DNA from: an uncultured Phycisphaerales bacterium
Lineage (GTDB): Bacteria; Planctomycetota; Phycisphaerae; Sedimentisphaerales; Anaerobacaceae
DNA: 64,000 nucleotides
NCBI GenBank assembly: GCA_963772725.1
Contig: CAVYYI010000003.1
Location: forward strand, 768,001-832,000
Direction of reading: 5' to 3'
Shown piece by piece: positions 1 through 9,829 of the stretch; the stretch's first letter is position 1; each line of letters opens with the position of its first letter. The notes under the pieces were generated by a model. That model was not told the origin of the DNA and searched no databases. It worked only from the letters and a program-made list of their open reading frames with translations. The position numbers and the translations under genes were made by a program.

Positions 1-757
1 TTGTTAAATAAGCCAGTACGTCCTGTCTCAGATAACTATGGACGGCAAAAGCAGTTACAAATCCTGTCGCGACTGTCGGCCAGATATAGCTGCTATCAAG
101 AACCATTTTGGCAGCAAACGAGACTATTACGAAAGCAGCAAAAACCGCGAAAATTATCTGACCGGTCTGGGGTTGGCCTATAACCGAGCCTAATTTGCTG
201 TCCGAGATTCTGACGTCCTGTGCAAACAGCGCAAGCAAAAATTGCACAGCCAAAACTGAAACTACCAAAGCAATAGCGGCGTTTAAGTATTTGGCTGAAA
301 TAGATTTATCCTTGTGTGCCTCATGAAAAAAACCATTTTTTGAGCCGGTTATTCTGTGGGCGGCAAAAACACCGGCAAAACCAATCACGATTATGGCAAT
401 CCAGAAAAAAGGTTCCCACCTCAACGCTGAATAGACCGTCTCTCGCTGAGAGGGTGCGGGATTCAGCAGCAGGCGGCTCATATCCCCTGTCCGCATAGCC
501 CACACGGTTAAGCCGAAAGGAACCGCCAGGACACCTATTTCACAGCCAAAAGGCCATGAGATAAAATAAGCCGTCAAGCCCGTTAAAAACGCCAGCCCAG
601 CCAGAATAATTGCTTTATTAACCGTGATACCCGAAAGCACAACGGCACCAAGGGGGTCGGCGGGTTTAACTAAAGGCCAGCCAAAAATCCCGATGGCCGC
701 AATACCTATCGCGGCAACCAATGCGATTCTTACTCTCATCAGCAGGGATAATTCCAT
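1..757 (-). CDS. Multi-pass membrane protein of unknown function, partial (runs off the window edge)
   Basis: Hand translation from ATG at 757 (MELSLLMRVRIALVAAIGIAAIGIFGWPLV...) stays open toward base 1 with many hydrophobic segments. It follows rpiB by 15 bp and is absent from the ORF track because it has no stop in the window. Confidence 0.8.
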   Translation of the reverse strand, partial: MELSLLMRVRIALVAAIGIAAIGIFGWPLVKPADPLGAVVLSGITVNKAIILAGLAFLTGLTAYFISWPFGCEIGVLAVPFGLTVWAMRTGDMSRLLLNPAPSQRETVYSALRWEPFFWIAIIVIGFAGVFAAHRITGSKNGFFHEAHKDKSISAKYLNAAIALVVSVLAVQFLLALFAQDVRISDSKLGSVIGQPQTGQIIFAVFAAFVIVSFAAKMVLDSSYIWPTVATGFVTAFAVHSYLRQDVLAYLT

Positions 758-772
758 AATTTCGGATATCAG

Positions 773-1255
773 CTATTTATTAATGTGATTGTTGTTATGT
801 ATTTCAGTAGGGTCTTTGCCCTCTTCAATGGCCGCAATCTTACGGACTCTTCGTTCGTGCCGGCCTCCGTTGAATTCAGTGGTCAGCCAGATTTCAACAA
901 TTTTACGCAGCAGTATTTCATTAATAAGGTCGCCGGCAACGCAAAGCACATTTGCGTCGTTATGATGACGTGAAATCTGCGCACCGAGTTCGTCATTACA
1001 CAAGGCCGCCCGGATTCTTTTAACCTTGTTGGCAGCTATGCACATACCGATACCCGTACCGCAAGCGAGAATTGCTCGGTCAGCTTTATTTTCCGAAACA
1101 GCCTTTGCAGCGATATAAGCGGTGTCGGGATAGTCAACGGGGTGATTACCGTCGGTACCGACGTCAATGCACTCATGGCCCAATTGTATCACAATGGCCT
1201 TAATCTGCTTCTTGGCTTCAAAACCGCGATGGTCACTTCCTACGACTATTCTCAT
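773..1255 (-). CDS. rpiB: Ribose-5-phosphate isomerase B
   Basis: GSDHRG, VDYPD, CGTGIG, ANK, HNDANVL and GGRHERR motifs. Confidence 0.95.
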   Translation of the reverse strand: MRIVVGSDHRGFEAKKQIKAIVIQLGHECIDVGTDGNHPVDYPDTAYIAAKAVSENKADRAILACGTGIGMCIAANKVKRIRAALCNDELGAQISRHHNDANVLCVAGDLINEILLRKIVEIWLTTEFNGGRHERRVRKIAAIEEGKDPTEIHNNNHINK

Positions 1256-2394
1256 AATATTAACTCACCTATTCTTTTCTTCACGGCGTTCTCAATTACA
1301 TCGGCACATTGTTTATAAATCTGCTGGCCACGGCCTATCGGGTCAACAATATTTTCATTTTCAGCAAGCAGCATACACTTGTCCGCGGCGCTGGGATTAA
1401 GGGTGATAACCTGGCTGCGATGCTCATTAGTCATCACATAAATATAATCGCTTTTGTTGATAAGTCCTGTTGTTAAAGCCTCGCTCCTGTGCTTACCTAT
1501 ATCGACACCTTTATCAGCACAGGCTGCCACAGCTTCCGGAGTGGCCGGAGAACCGACGATTCCCATAGCACCGGCGGAATATATCTTATAACCTATTTTT
1601 TCGAGATTGTCAATGTCACAACCCATTTTTTCCACAAGATATTTGCTGAAAATTCCCTTTGCCATAGGACTTCGGCATGTGTTGCCCGTACAGACGAACA
1701 GAAAGCTTACTGTGGCCATGGCTTTGAGCTCCGCCTGTGAATACGCTCCGGGCCGGAGTATCTCAAGCCCCATTTTACCCATTTTAGCAACTGTACTGCT
1801 TTGTTTATAACTGCACTGCCCGCCGTTGAGGACCATTTCAATCTGCCCGTCGAATTGAGCTAAAACCTGCTCTGCATCCACGGCGGGCGGCTCACCGGTC
1901 AGATTTGCGCTCGGTGCGACCACAGCGTTGGCGGTTTTTCTCAATAACGCCATCGCTATCGCGTTGGCGGGAAAGCGAATTCCTATAGAGCCGTTTCGGT
2001 AAAGGTTATCAAAAACTTCTTTTTCGAGTGTTTTTCGCTGACGCCTAAGGTCATTTTCGTCTAATTCGAGCACAAGCGTCAGCGGGCCAGGCCAGGCTTT
2101 TTCGGTCAGTTTTTTCGCCCGCAGGTTTATCTGCGGAATATATTTGGCTAAAACATCTCTCGAACCGATATGCAGACTGTAAAATTTGTCGGGTGTCCGG
2201 CCTTTGATGCCGTTGAGTTTTACCAGTGAATCGTTGCGTACCCGGCAGGCGATTCCATAAACCGTTTCCGTGGGAAATGCAACCAGCCCGCCCTGGTCAA
2301 TTAGCTGTGCAGCCTCGGAGATTATCCCCGCGTCAGGATTGTTTCGGTCAAGTTTTACGACTTTTGTTTGCATATTCGCTAAAAAATACTCCAA
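1252..2394 (-). CDS. tsaC: TsaC/Sua5 threonylcarbamoyl-AMP synthase fused to a LMW protein-arginine phosphatase (YwlE-like)
   Basis: N-terminal FPTETVYG, KGR, WPGPLT and SANLTG; C-terminal CTGNTCRS and DPIG. Start may be the second Met. Confidence 0.9.
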   Translation of the reverse strand: MEYFLANMQTKVVKLDRNNPDAGIISEAAQLIDQGGLVAFPTETVYGIACRVRNDSLVKLNGIKGRTPDKFYSLHIGSRDVLAKYIPQINLRAKKLTEKAWPGPLTLVLELDENDLRRQRKTLEKEVFDNLYRNGSIGIRFPANAIAMALLRKTANAVVAPSANLTGEPPAVDAEQVLAQFDGQIEMVLNGGQCSYKQSSTVAKMGKMGLEILRPGAYSQAELKAMATVSFLFVCTGNTCRSPMAKGIFSKYLVEKMGCDIDNLEKIGYKIYSAGAMGIVGSPATPEAVAACADKGVDIGKHRSEALTTGLINKSDYIYVMTNEHRSQVITLNPSAADKCMLLAENENIVDPIGRGQQIYKQCADVIENAVKKRIGELIL

Positions 2395-2470
2395 ACAGGA
2401 AAAAATGGCAAGGATTGATTTTGTCTTTTAAGTGCCTTGATTGAATGATATTTTACGTGCCAAATATCTT

Positions 2471-3703
2471 CTACTTTTGGACTTCTACGACGCAAAATAG
2501 ACCATGGCCGCAACCTAATCCCTGTGGTAGAGAAAATTCAAGATTTCGCAGCACGCAGGCAACCTGCGGCCCCATAACACTGGCCCAAAAATCAAAAACA
2601 GGGAACCTGTCGGCATTCCTGTAAAGCCACGCGAGCATTTTTAACTCCTCGGCAAGGCTTTCGGGAGCGGTTTCTATGATTCTTTTTACTTCCGGTTTAT
2701 TGGTGGACATTAAAGCGTGAAGGGTATTTATTACCGTCTGCCACTGTTTATAGTAATCTGAAATTCGCGTCCAGGCCTGGGGTTGAGTATCCTTAACTTT
2801 TTCCAGATAACTGATGTCAAAGTTCAAATTATCTATCTGCCCTCTGTAATCCCTATCGAAAAGCCGATTTACCGCCAATCTTGTTTGATGATTTTGTTCT
2901 TTGAAAAAGCTCGTATCCATGTGCCGACCGACAAATATCGAACGGTCATGCATAGTAACAATTTCGGTTTTTCTTTTCGTGGATTTTGCTGTTGATTCGA
3001 TAAGGCTGATAAGCTCGCTGCTGCCCCAGTACATAACATCAAAATATTCGATTTTTTCCGGTTTACGTTCCTCTGGCGGAAGTAAATATCCCATATTGTA
3101 GGGCAAAGGCTCACTGCAATCTTTGTCCCAGTACTTCGGCCATTCGGGGGAATATCTGCCATAAAGGTCAAACACAAAATATCCGTGATTATCTATGTGA
3201 GAAAAAATCTGCTGCGTGAGATGTTCAAGTTCCTCGGAAGATAAATGGGATAAAGACGCATAAGATGAAAAATATATGTCATAAGGGTCGTCTTTTATAA
3301 AAGGAAAACCTTCCGACAAATCACCCCGAATAAATTCGACCTGCGGCAGGCCAGCATAATTTTGTTTGCCCTGCTCAACCATAGCCGGTGATATATCGAC
3401 ACCTTTATAAATTTCGATATCATTTTCTGATATTAAAAATTCCTTGTGTACTGTTTTAACGTGGGTACTATTTGCGATATGCGTCAGAAGTTCCATTCCT
3501 TCACCGCTGCCGCAGCCGAGGTCAACGATGCGAATTTTCTGCTTTTGCTCTAAAATACGTTCGATGGCAGGCCGGACGGTAATTTTTATGGAAACATCCT
3601 CCCAATATTTACGCACATTGTCTCTTTTTCCAAATAATCCTGAGCTACCTACACCATAGAATCCTTGTTTAACCGCTGCTTCAAAAAATTCTGTTTTGCG
3701 CAT
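2471..3703 (-). CDS. Class I SAM-dependent methyltransferase, unknown substrate
   Basis: VDLGCGSGEG and GVDIS motifs. ATG at 3703 has a GAGGT SD and is preferred over the GTG at 3769, which lies inside the leader RNA motif. Confidence 0.8.
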   Translation of the reverse strand: MRKTEFFEAAVKQGFYGVGSSGLFGKRDNVRKYWEDVSIKITVRPAIERILEQKQKIRIVDLGCGSGEGMELLTHIANSTHVKTVHKEFLISENDIEIYKGVDISPAMVEQGKQNYAGLPQVEFIRGDLSEGFPFIKDDPYDIYFSSYASLSHLSSEELEHLTQQIFSHIDNHGYFVFDLYGRYSPEWPKYWDKDCSEPLPYNMGYLLPPEERKPEKIEYFDVMYWGSSELISLIESTAKSTKRKTEIVTMHDRSIFVGRHMDTSFFKEQNHQTRLAVNRLFDRDYRGQIDNLNFDISYLEKVKDTQPQAWTRISDYYKQWQTVINTLHALMSTNKPEVKRIIETAPESLAEELKMLAWLYRNADRFPVFDFWASVMGPQVACVLRNLEFSLPQGLGCGHGLFCVVEVQK

Positions 3704-3756
3704 AATGAGATACCTCTGCCCTGTTTTCATCAGATGGATTGACAAAATTAATGGGA

Positions 3757-3808
3757 GGCGGCCCGACACATCCCCGATACCTGCGAAGAAAACTTTTCCT
3801 TCGCACCC
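3757..3808 (-). ncRNA. nhaA-I-like (Li+/Na+-sensing) riboswitch candidate
   Basis: Minus strand reads GGGUG-CGAAGGAAAAGUUUUCUUCG-CAGGU-AUCGGGGAUGU-GUCGGGCCGCC. This matches the recalled nhaA-I pattern GGGUG...hairpin...CAGG...GUCGGGCCGCC and lies in a 5' UTR. Confidence 0.6.
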
Positions 3809-3819
3809 TTATTATTTTA

Positions 3820-3848
3820 AAATTAACAGAAATAAATGACACTGTCAA
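3820..3848 (-). promoter_or_regulatory. Sigma-70-type promoter for the riboswitch/methyltransferase transcript
   Basis: TTGACA-17 nt-TAATTT with an extended -10 TG. Confidence 0.6.
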
Positions 3849-4047
3849 GTATTAGATTTGATAATTTGCATATTAACTTCTCGACTACCCAATTAACTTT
3901 CTAAATTGCTTATAATCCCTGTTAATCGTTGCTGCGCCATTTTGCTGCCGAGGTAAAAATAAAAAAATTAACAGGATTATAATAGAAATTCTTCGATTTT
4001 TTGTTTTTAATGATGGTTTATTTGAGGTTAACACTAAAGGCATAAAA

Positions 4048-5875
4048 ATGGAACATACAAAAAGCTTTAATATAGTTCATCTTTCGCCAGCCAAATTCGT
4101 TATAGGCTGTTTAGTTGCATCAGGAATAATCCTTGGGGTAAGTCAATTTTATCAATTTTCAAGCTGGGTCGTGGCTATTGAAGTTCTGCTTATGGTATTG
4201 TCACTTTTTATTTTTGGTTCTATCCGTTATCGCATAGACAAAAATGCTATTACTTATGGAATGGTCATTGTTGTTTCAGCAACATTCTGGGCAATATGGT
4301 GGCCAACATCTTTTCTGCGACAATCCATAAATATTGAAGGGCTAAAAGCTCTTTGGAAATTTTTCCAAAATAACTTTTTAAGCTTCCACGGACTTGATGC
4401 AATGGTTCATGCCGATACTATGCTTTTTATTTTGGGTCTTACGATGTTTGTAGCGGTCATTACTCAAACTCGTCTGCTTGAAACAATTAGTTTCGTCATA
4501 TTAAGAATGAATCGGGGTAAAGTTGTGCCGACCGTGGCGATTATTGCCGCTATCGTAGCCGTTTCTTCGGGAGTTCTCGATGGTGTTTCAATGATAGGAC
4601 TTATGATACGGACTATTGTGATAATTCTCTTACTTTCAAAAATTAAGGATGACACCATAATTTTCGTTGTTATGATTTCTACTGTTATCACGACCGTATG
4701 CGGTATGTGGCTGGCGTATGGCGAACCGCCAAATCTTATCATGAAAGCAAACCTGCATCCACTTTTGGATAATGCCTTTTTCCTCCGCTACTGCCTGCCT
4801 GTGGCGATAGGAAGCTATTTTATCGTCGCATGGAATATTCGACGAAAACTCGGTGGAAGAACTAATATTGACATGCACAAGCTCAACTTTTTGGAATCCC
4901 ATGTAGCCGATGTGCGTTTTCTTCAGGCTACCCGACACGGAGAAGTATTGGATTCTCTGGAATTTATTAAAGAACATGAAGAATCGCTCGGTAATTTTTA
5001 TAACCCCCTCTCCGAATATTTGCATCAGGGTATGTCTCCCGGAGAAGCATTGATAAGAGCAGGAGTCCCACAGGACAAGAGAAGAGAATTACTCGGCATT
5101 TTTGTATCAGAAGATATAGCTGAAATGCTGGACAGCTACTATGCATGTGAGGTAAATGGAGATTTACAGGGCAGGGATAAATTCACCGATAGGTTAAATC
5201 TCTTTTTCGACAATATTAAAAAACAGCGGCTACGAACTCAAAAAATTGGGATTCTGTCATTTATCCCATTTATTGGCTGTCTGGTTTGGCATGCCATAAA
5301 TCACAATTTCCCTCTTTTCCCTGCTTCTTTTGCAGGTTTTCTGGCAGCTTTTATCGGCATATTCTCCATTTCTAAAATGAGACGTCTGGCACTGGTTGAG
5401 GCGTACCACGAATATTCTGAGTATCTCTTTTTAATACCTCTGTTCTTTTGCATTACTCTATTACAAAAAACAGGTTTTTTCAGCAATATCACCCAGTTTT
5501 TACACTGGGGTATCGAAGCAATAGGGGCACCGCAATTGGCTTTAATTCAGTTCGGAGGCGCTACCGTTCTATCCGCTATGCTCGATAATAATGTCGTAGC
5601 CGACTTCGCCGGTCGTGCCTCTTCAGGGCTTAGAGGTTGGCTTCATACATCTTTTTGCCATGGCACAGATAGCAGGATATGCCGCCGGAGGCTGCTGGAC
5701 GCATATCGGTTCAGCACAGTCTGTTGTTGCCTATTCTTTCATCCGCAAGGAAATAAATGGGCACTTTACTCCTTACCAATGGATTAAAGCTATGACCCCT
5801 ATTATTATTGAAATAATTATACTTACAGCCGTTATCATATTTATTGAAGGATGGCTTTTCCACGTATCAAACTGA
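4048..5875 (+). CDS. ArsB/NhaD/SLC13-type ion permease (frameshift near 5615)
   Basis: Many TM helices; LDGVS, GEPPNL and LSAMLDNNV motifs; C-terminus (GGCWTHIGSAQSVV) continues in another frame. Confidence 0.75.
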
Positions 5876-5925
5876 ATACTTAAAGCTTATCGAAGGATTT
5901 AATTCACAACGGTAAAAAACACCCA

Positions 5926-6741
5926 TTAAGATTGTAGTCTGCGGGTGGCAATCATACCGAGGATGAAGAAACTTGTGCCGGTAAGGATGATGACCGCACC
6001 TGTGGGCAGGTTAAAAATCAGCGACAGAAACACGCCGATAATTATTATAAGCTCAACGAAAATAATGCTAAGCGCAAGTAAAGCCTTTGCGTTGCGGGCA
6101 AAGAGTTTGCCGAAAGACACCGGTATTATAAGAAGTGCGCTGACGAGGATAATGCCGAACATCTTTATAGCAAGGATACTTGAAACGGCCAGCAGTATAT
6201 AAAGAATAAGCTGATAAAGTTCAGTTCGCACGCCCGCCAGATGCGCCAGCTCAGGGTTAAGGCATATAAACAGATACTTTTTGTAGTTATAAATGATGAA
6301 GGCAATAATTATTATCGAAGCTGGTATTATCGCCCAAAGTTCGCCGTCGCCAATAGTCAGGATATTGCCGAAAAGAAAACTCAGCAGGTCGGGCTGATAG
6401 CCCTTTTTAAAACTCATCAGCACAACACCCAGCGCCAGGCTCGACGTGAAAAGAATCCCGATGAGCGAATCCGGCGCGATGTCAGTTTTCTTTTCGAGAA
6501 AGAATATCGCAACGGCAAAGATGACACCTAAAATCACCGCCCAGAGCAGCGGCTGCTGACCCACGAGCAGAGCAATCGCGACACCAGCAAGAGCCGTATG
6601 GGCGATTCCGTCGCTGAAAAACGCCATTTTCCTGAGAACGACAAAAATACCTAAAATTGCCAATAGTCCCCCGCTGAACACCCCTGCCAGCAGCGCCCTT
6701 TGCACAAACGGATACCAAAGCAATTCCAAACTCATATTCAA
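5926..6741 (-). CDS. znuB: Zn/Mn ABC transporter permease
   Basis: VVLRKMAFFSDGIAH and LFGNIL (ABC-3 family). Confidence 0.85.
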   Translation of the reverse strand: MNMSLELLWYPFVQRALLAGVFSGGLLAILGIFVVLRKMAFFSDGIAHTALAGVAIALLVGQQPLLWAVILGVIFAVAIFFLEKKTDIAPDSLIGILFTSSLALGVVLMSFKKGYQPDLLSFLFGNILTIGDGELWAIIPASIIIIAFIIYNYKKYLFICLNPELAHLAGVRTELYQLILYILLAVSSILAIKMFGIILVSALLIIPVSFGKLFARNAKALLALSIIFVELIIIIGVFLSLIFNLPTGAVIILTGTSFFILGMIATRRLQS

Positions 6742-6743
6742 TC

Positions 6744-7445
6744 CTAATGTATATGTTCGCGCATCTCAAAATGCGAGCTGTAAAGTTTTTCGAGTATTTC
6801 CTTAGTCATAACCCTTTGCGGTTCGCCGCAGCAGAACATGCTCCTGTTGACGCAAATAACCTTTGTCGAAGTAATCGAAACCATATTGACTTCGTGTGAA
6901 ATGAGAAAAACTGTGATGTGATGTTCCGTATTTATGTGCCGTACAAGTTCATAAAAACTCGCCACGCCCTCGACATCGACGCCGGAAGTCGGCTCATCAA
7001 GAATCAGAAGTTCCGGCTTTTTCAAAAGCGAGCTGACGATAAGTACTCTCTGCATCTGTCCGCCGGATAAAGTACCAAGCTTCTTTTTTAAGATATCGGT
7101 AACACCGAATTCTCTGCACATTTCTTCGTGCCACGCCGGGTCGGGTTTATATCCGGGAAGATTCAGAAATTCATCCACACTGATTGGGAATGTTCTGTCA
7201 AAATCGAACCGCTGGGGGACATAACCCGCCTCGCCGAGATGCTCCCTGAAAGGTGTGCCGTTCCAGGTAACAGTGCCTTTATGCTCGATAAGGCCGAGCA
7301 TCGCGCGAACGAGTGTGGTTTTGCCTGAGCCGTTCGGGCCGATTATCGAAACGACGTCGCCTTTATCGACCTCGAAGGTGACATTTTCAATAATCTGGTT
7401 GCCGTTAAACGCAACCGCCAGATTTTTTACTTCGATAAAACTCAT
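6744..7445 (-). CDS. znuC: Zn/Mn ABC transporter ATPase
   Basis: GPNGSGKT, GYVPQ, LSGGQ and LDEPT. Confidence 0.88.
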   Translation of the reverse strand: MSFIEVKNLAVAFNGNQIIENVTFEVDKGDVVSIIGPNGSGKTTLVRAMLGLIEHKGTVTWNGTPFREHLGEAGYVPQRFDFDRTFPISVDEFLNLPGYKPDPAWHEEMCREFGVTDILKKKLGTLSGGQMQRVLIVSSLLKKPELLILDEPTSGVDVEGVASFYELVRHINTEHHITVFLISHEVNMVSITSTKVICVNRSMFCCGEPQRVMTKEILEKLYSSHFEMREHIH

Positions 7446-8332
7446 TTGCCGCTTAGTGTATCATAAATTATCTTGGCGTTGTACTGAATTGTTTCGATAT
7501 AGCTTTGTGTCTGGGGTGAATCGCCGCCGATGGGGTCAAGCTGCTCGAGTTTTACGCCCATATCCTTTGCGATTTGCCTGATAGCCTCCGGTGAAAGCTG
7601 CGGCTCGGAGAATATGACCTTTACATTTTCCTCTTTGACGGCCTTTGTAAACTCAGCAAGAAATTGCGGCGTCGGTTCTTTCCCTGGAAACGGCTCAAAC
7701 GCCGCCACCACTTTTAATCCATAAGTGTTGGCGAAATAGAACCACGCCTCGTGAAAAGTCGCGAAGCTTCTTTTGTCGGCCGGCAGGGTCGCGAGCACCT
7801 TTTTTACTTCATCATCCGCATCTTTAAGCTTTTGAAGATATGCCGCGAGATTTTTTGTGAACAACTCCTTATTTGCTGGCGCCAATTCACAAAGGTTTTC
7901 AGCTATGTTCTTCGCCATTATCTCGCCATTTTCCAGTGACAGCCAGTAATGCGGGTCAACCGTTCCATCAGGGAGTTTTCGTAACGCCACGCCTTTTGAG
8001 ACTTCTATGATTTTGGGTTTTGTTTCCATCGCGCCCATAATACCCTCAGCCCAGTCATCAAGGGTCGCCCCGATTTTGAAAAGAGCCTTGATGCCTATAG
8101 TCGCCTTGACAGTTTCCGGGCTGACCTCGAACGTGTGCGGACTTGCACCGGGGGGCAGGATAGTAACAACGGTTACTTTGTCCCCGCCGATATTTGAAAT
8201 TATGTCTTTCAGCGGGAATATAGTGGCCGCCACTTTCAGCGGCTCGTTCGGCTCAGGACGCGAATCAGTCTTTTTGCATCCCGTCAGTAGCATTAGACAC
8301 AACAGGCCTGTCAGCAATATGTATCTTTTCAT
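7442..8332 (-). CDS. znuA: Zn/Mn ABC transporter substrate-binding lipoprotein
   Basis: Lipobox LLTGC; SPHTFE, DPHYWLS and FHEAW motifs. Confidence 0.85.
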   Translation of the reverse strand: MKRYILLTGLLCLMLLTGCKKTDSRPEPNEPLKVAATIFPLKDIISNIGGDKVTVVTILPPGASPHTFEVSPETVKATIGIKALFKIGATLDDWAEGIMGAMETKPKIIEVSKGVALRKLPDGTVDPHYWLSLENGEIMAKNIAENLCELAPANKELFTKNLAAYLQKLKDADDEVKKVLATLPADKRSFATFHEAWFYFANTYGLKVVAAFEPFPGKEPTPQFLAEFTKAVKEENVKVIFSEPQLSPEAIRQIAKDMGVKLEQLDPIGGDSPQTQSYIETIQYNAKIIYDTLSGK

Positions 8333-8385
8333 TGTAATCTCCAAAAACAAAGCTAATTTCCCTTATATCGCCCGCCCACAAAATA

Positions 8386-8413
8386 TGATTTTACAGAATA
8401 TTATGCAACATCA
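8386..8413. promoter_or_regulatory. Imperfect palindrome upstream of znuA, possible metalloregulator (Zur-type) operator
   Basis: TGATTTTACAGAATATTATGCAACATCA, 11 of 14 positions self-complementary. Confidence 0.4.
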
Positions 8414-8592
8414 AAAAATATTTTTCTCTAACGGCCTATAATAATCGAAATAATCTCGCTAAATCCGACAACACTAAAATATTTTAAAAAAACCAGAAAT
8501 TTTACCTATATACCCTAAACTTCCCAGATTAACATATCCGATGAAATTAATAACTGATGGAACGATAAAGTTTAAGAAATGGAGATTGAACT

Positions 8593-8907
8593 ATGGATAC
8601 ATTAGTAGAACAAAGAAGCGATACACGAACGAAACTTTCATGGCCGGTAAGCGTCTGGTTTCCTGAAATGAACAGATTCTTCAATGGCCGGAGCTGCAAT
8701 ATCAGCAAGAGCGGCGTCCTGCTCAATGTCCCGATGACTATGCCTGTGCGCCAGGGCAGCATTGTGGAAATAAACTTCCCGCGCACCGAAGCATTGGCTA
8801 AGGAAAAGGGACAGTTTGCCCGCATCAAGTTCGGCAAAGTTGTCAGGGTTGATAACAAAAACGCAATGAAAGACGCCAGCGTGAGTGTTGCGGTTCATTT
8901 TGAATAG
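8593..8907 (+). CDS. Stand-alone PilZ-domain protein
   Basis: EQRSDTR (RxxxR) and NISKSG (D/NxSxxG). Confidence 0.85.
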   Translation: MDTLVEQRSDTRTKLSWPVSVWFPEMNRFFNGRSCNISKSGVLLNVPMTMPVRQGSIVEINFPRTEALAKEKGQFARIKFGKVVRVDNKNAMKDASVSVAVHFE

Positions 8908-8945
8908 CCCAAAACCTTCCTTCTTCATAAATTTCATAGACGCAG

Positions 8946-8983
8946 TGACTGACGGTTTTAACCAGCCGTCAGTCATTTTTTTT
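8946..8983 (+). terminator. Intrinsic terminator
   Basis: TGACTGACGG...CCGTCAGTCA followed by a T-tract. Confidence 0.8.
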
Positions 8984-9080
8984 GCCCCCCTGCCGCTGCT
9001 AAAAACAGGAATTTTGCTTTGAGGCGGACGAAATATGTTTTATAGTAATCGCAAAGTAATAATTTTCAGGTTAGGACAAA

Positions 9081-9572
9081 ATGAGAATCGGAATAATAAG
9101 CGACAGTCACGACAGCCACGCTAACGTTCTAAAGGCTGTAAAAGTTTTCAACGAACAAAAGGTTGATTACGTCCTGCACGCAGGCGATATAATTTCGCCG
9201 TTTACGGTGCAGGCCTTTTCGCAAGTCAAAGGTGTCAAATTTATCGCGGTGTACGGCAATAATGACGGGGAAAAGCTTGCCCTGAAAAACGCTGTTACCT
9301 CTTTCGGCGGAGAGATTTACGAATACTGCTACAAAGGTCAAATCGGCGGCAAGCGGATTATTATGATGCACGTACCATCAATGCTGGATGAGATTATCGC
9401 CAGCGGAAAATATGACATAGTCATATACGGCCATACGCATAAACAAGACATTCGCCAGGTCGGAAATACGCTTGTTATTAACCCCGGAGAATCAACAGAC
9501 TGGATTACCGGCTCTTCCGATGTCATCATCCTCGAAACGGACAATCTCAATTACGACATTATTGCACTATGA
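9081..9572 (+). CDS. YfcE/MJ0936-family metallophosphoesterase
   Basis: SDSH, HAGD, GNND, GHTH and NPGE. Confidence 0.9.
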   Translation: MRIGIISDSHDSHANVLKAVKVFNEQKVDYVLHAGDIISPFTVQAFSQVKGVKFIAVYGNNDGEKLALKNAVTSFGGEIYEYCYKGQIGGKRIIMMHVPSMLDEIIASGKYDIVIYGHTHKQDIRQVGNTLVINPGESTDWITGSSDVIILETDNLNYDIIAL

Positions 9573-9829
9573 AAGTTCGTCGCTCGGAGGCTGTTTTTTG
9601 TTGCTGGGGACGGATTTCGGAATAAGGAAATAAATTCGCCAATTTGCGGAATAAACGCTACAATCGTTACAGCTTACCTAAATTACGCCCAAAATATGAG
9701 TGTTTTTCCGCACTTTTTACCACTTTTAGAGCAAATTAGAGCAGAAATTACCATGTTTTGACCGAAAATTGACAAAAATTAATTTAACAACTTTATATAA
9801 CACAAGTCAAGAAAGTTAAAATGGGAAAG

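Noticed and set aside
9720..9825. TTTTAGAGC...AAGTTAAAAT resembling a Cas9 repeat/tracrRNA
   Set aside because: Only short AT-rich matches; no array, duplex structure or cas9.
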